Shown here in pieces: positions 61,762 to 64,000 of a stretch of DNA of 64,000 bases; positions within the stretch are counted from its first letter, which is position 1; every line of letters begins with the position of its first letter. Location: the NCBI GenBank assembly GCA_964432565.1, contig CAYSOA010000001.1, positions 29,630-93,629 on the forward strand, read 5' to 3'. The notes beneath the pieces are model-generated. The model saw nothing but the letters and a program-made list of their open reading frames with translations. It was not told the DNA's origin and searched no databases. The stretch comes from an uncultured Bacteriovorax sp. GTDB taxonomy: Bacteria; Bdellovibrionota; UBA1018. The position numbers were made by a program, and so were the translations under genes.

Positions 61762-64000
61762 ATGAAAATCCCCTTCGATCGGCCATTTGAAGAGCGTCTC
61801 AGCAACGGCATTCCCGTGATCTTCCAGCATTTTGATGGGGCGGTTGCCTCGATCTACTGGTGGAACCAGGTGGGCAGCTGTGACGAGCAAAAGGGAGAGG
61901 AGGGGTTTGCCCATTTTCTCGAGCACATGCTCTTCAAGGACACGAGCGCCAAGGAGACCGGTGCGGCCTCGAGCGGCAAGACCGCTCGGGCCATCGAGTC
62001 GCTGGGTGGGGACATCAACGCCTACACCTCGTTCGATCAGACGGTCTATCACGTCACCTGTTCGGAGCATCACTGGGAGCGCGTACTTCAGGAGTTCGCG
62101 GTTCTGGCCCGTCCCCAGCGCTTTTTGAAAGAGGACTTCACCCGCGAGCGCGAGGTGATTCTTGAGGAGCTTCGAAAGAATGAGGACTCCCCCGAGCGGC
62201 AGCACTTTCAGGCACTTTTCAGCAGCACGTTCAGTCGTCATCCGTACGGTCGCCCGGTCATCGGGTACGTGAAGACGTTGAAGGCCGCTACCGTATCGAA
62301 GCTCGAAGCCTTCTATCGGCGAAATTATGTGTCGAGCCGCATGGGGATCGTGATGGTCGGTCCGATCGCCGATGAACAGGGATCTCGAGTGAGGCGTCTG
62401 ATGGCGCTCCTTGAAAAACATTTCGGCTCTGGCGTCTTTCCAAGGAAGGAGACGCCGAGATTCCCTCGCCCGGCTGAGTCGATGCTCCAAAAAGACATTT
62501 CGGTCATTTCGCGCGAGTTTGAAGTGCAGATGCCTTCGGTAAATTTTGCGTTTCGGGTTCCAGAACTCTCCCACCCGGATCTTGCGGCACTCGACCTTCT
62601 TTCGGGGGCGTTGTCGATGGGCGAGAGTTCGCGCATCTATCAGTCGCTGTTCAATGAGAAGTCACTCGTCACCGAGGTCAGCGGCGGGCTTTATGTTCCA
62701 CATGATCCGGGGATGCTCTACTTTCATCTCGATCTCGAATCACCCGCCAAGATCGCACCTGCCCTTGAGGAGACATTTCGTCTGCTTGAAGAGAGCCGGG
62801 AGCGTCCGCTGAGCTCAACCGAGGTGGAGCGGGTTCTTGCGCATGCTGAAAGCGACCGCCTTTATTCCCTGCAGACCGCCGATGGGATTGCCGGCCGGCT
62901 CGGTTTCCTGCGTTTCGTGGTCAATGATCTGGGCTACGATGACCGCTATCTGGCCGAATTGCGTGGGGTCACTCCCGAGCGCGTTCGTCATGTCGCCCAC
63001 GAATACCTCGACTGCTCCCGAATGAGTGGAGCGTTTTTGGTTCCGAAGGCACGAAGGGAAGAAGTGGACATCTCGGTCCTGCCTGCCGCGGCAAAGCGTT
63101 ATCTGCCTGCCTCGGTGGTGAAGGCTGCGGTGCGAAAGCGCTCCGGTCGAAAGCAGAAGGGCGCGGAATCACCCTGCCAGGAGTGGAAGCTGGAGTCGGG
63201 TCTGACCGTACTTCACCGCGAACGGTCCCAGTCCCATGTTGTCAGCGTCCAGGCCTGCGTGCAGGGGGGGCTGCGCCTGGAGATCGGAGACCCGCTGTTT
63301 TCGTCGGAAGAAGACTGGGGTGTGAGCCAGTGCCTCGCGATGACTTGGAACAAAGGCACCCTTGCCCATGGAGCCAGAGGGATTGCGGAACTCGTCGAAG
63401 GACGTGCGGCCAGCCTCGATGGATTTTCAGGACGAAACACCATCGGGCTTCAGATGACCTCCTTGGCCCGGGACTTTTCGACGCTTCAGCCGCTATTTGA
63501 CGATGTGCTGCTGCATGCAAGCTTTCCTGAAGAGGAGGTGGGGCACTCGCGACGAATTCTTGAGGAGTCGATTCGTAGCGTTGAGGACCACTCCAGCCAG
63601 CTCTGCTCGAGGCTTTTTCTGGAGACGCTGTATGACGAACACCCCTATAGGCGCGCGGCGCACGGCAGCCTCGAGAGCATTTCGCGATTCGATTCCGCCA
63701 AGCTTCGATCATACCTTCTTCACTGGCTTCGACCGGAGCGCGCCGTGATCTCCGTCGTCGGACGAGTTTCGCGTCCTGCCGTCGAGGCCTGGGTCGAGGA
63801 GTTGGACGCCCAGTGGCGGTCGGTTCTGACGGGAACGGTGCATCGCCCGGTCTGCGAGTCGTTGCAAAGCGAAGCCAGTCTGAAGGGGCCGCGCTGGGTG
63901 GAGCGCCGTCTGGGGCGCGAGCAGGTGCACATCCTGATCGGCGGACTCGGCAGCACCATGGGGTCGGCTGATCGGGACGCGATTCGCCTGCTTCACACGA
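61762..64000 (+). CDS. M16-family zinc peptidase (pitrilysin family, two-unit PqqL-like), 5' partial at window end
   Basis: The ORF is absent from the supplied track because it has no stop in the window. It starts at ATG 61762 with a GGAGG RBS. An inverted zincin motif HFLEHM is present, and a second M16 repeat begins around 63100. The frame is open to the window edge. Confidence 0.65.
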   Translation, partial: MKIPFDRPFEERLSNGIPVIFQHFDGAVASIYWWNQVGSCDEQKGEEGFAHFLEHMLFKDTSAKETGAASSGKTARAIESLGGDINAYTSFDQTVYHVTCSEHHWERVLQEFAVLARPQRFLKEDFTREREVILEELRKNEDSPERQHFQALFSSTFSRHPYGRPVIGYVKTLKAATVSKLEAFYRRNYVSSRMGIVMVGPIADEQGSRVRRLMALLEKHFGSGVFPRKETPRFPRPAESMLQKDISVISREFEVQMPSVNFAFRVPELSHPDLAALDLLSGALSMGESSRIYQSLFNEKSLVTEVSGGLYVPHDPGMLYFHLDLESPAKIAPALEETFRLLEESRERPLSSTEVERVLAHAESDRLYSLQTADGIAGRLGFLRFVVNDLGYDDRYLAELRGVTPERVRHVAHEYLDCSRMSGAFLVPKARREEVDISVLPAAAKRYLPASVVKAAVRKRSGRKQKGAESPCQEWKLESGLTVLHRERSQSHVVSVQACVQGGLRLEIGDPLFSSEEDWGVSQCLAMTWNKGTLAHGARGIAELVEGRAASLDGFSGRNTIGLQMTSLARDFSTLQPLFDDVLLHASFPEEEVGHSRRILEESIRSVEDHSSQLCSRLFLETLYDEHPYRRAAHGSLESISRFDSAKLRSYLLHWLRPERAVISVVGRVSRPAVEAWVEELDAQWRSVLTGTVHRPVCESLQSEASLKGPRWVERRLGREQVHILIGGLGSTMGSADRDAIRLLHT

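Noticed and set aside
61735-62574. 279-aa minus-strand ORF
   Set aside because: It is antisense to the M16 peptidase ORF (HxxEH motif) that runs to the window end.

Overview
The window is a GC-rich chromosomal segment of a Gram-negative bacterium. The gene content (many PilZ proteins, TonB/BtuB, flagellar fliD/fliS, a TRAP transporter with TatT) is compatible with a deltaproteobacterial or Bdellovibrio-like lineage, but this assignment is low confidence.

Most of the window is housekeeping. Identified genes include glpK, radA, ligA, recN, nadK, rarA, the hemW-grpE-dnaK-dnaJ cluster, menB, fliD-fliS, the start of a two-domain M16 peptidase, and an IcmF-type fused B12-dependent acyl-CoA mutase.

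Clearly organised loci:
- A cobalamin locus: gpx, a cobalamin riboswitch, a BtuB-like TonB-dependent receptor and TonB, with IcmF, a DUF5522 protein and an orphan BtuF-like binding protein nearby.
- A trehalose locus: a GH15 hydrolase divergent from an otsA-otsB pair, where OtsA carries an unusual N-terminal membrane/periplasmic extension.
- A TatT-DctP-DctQ-DctM TRAP (TPAT-type) transporter.
- A c-di-GMP effector operon: a DUF4339/GYF-like membrane protein with a very long Pro/Glu-rich repeat, followed by two tandem PilZ proteins.

The only RNA gene I can support is a tRNA-Ser(CGA) at 14877-14966. Just downstream of it lies a small, apparently decayed accessory islet: a signal-peptide-bearing agmatine-deiminase/PAD-family enzyme, a frameshifted and N-terminally degraded AbiEii-type nucleotidyltransferase toxin relic, and a secreted VanX-like dipeptidase.

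Other oddities worth a second look:
- A patatin-like phospholipase divergent from a MerR-like regulator plus an outer-membrane beta-barrel gene.
- A secreted caspase-fold (clan CD-like) protein paired with a coiled-coil membrane protein.
- A TPR protein and a GT9-like glycosyltransferase next to fliD/fliS.
- A G9 homopolymer inside dctP.
- A candidate structured RNA/terminator between the patatin gene and the next gene.

I see no CRISPR array, integrase, transposase or intact known defence system, and no single locus that I can confidently call a complete novel system. The tRNA-adjacent islet, the membrane-anchored OtsA and the DUF4339-PilZ-PilZ operon are the best candidates for follow-up.
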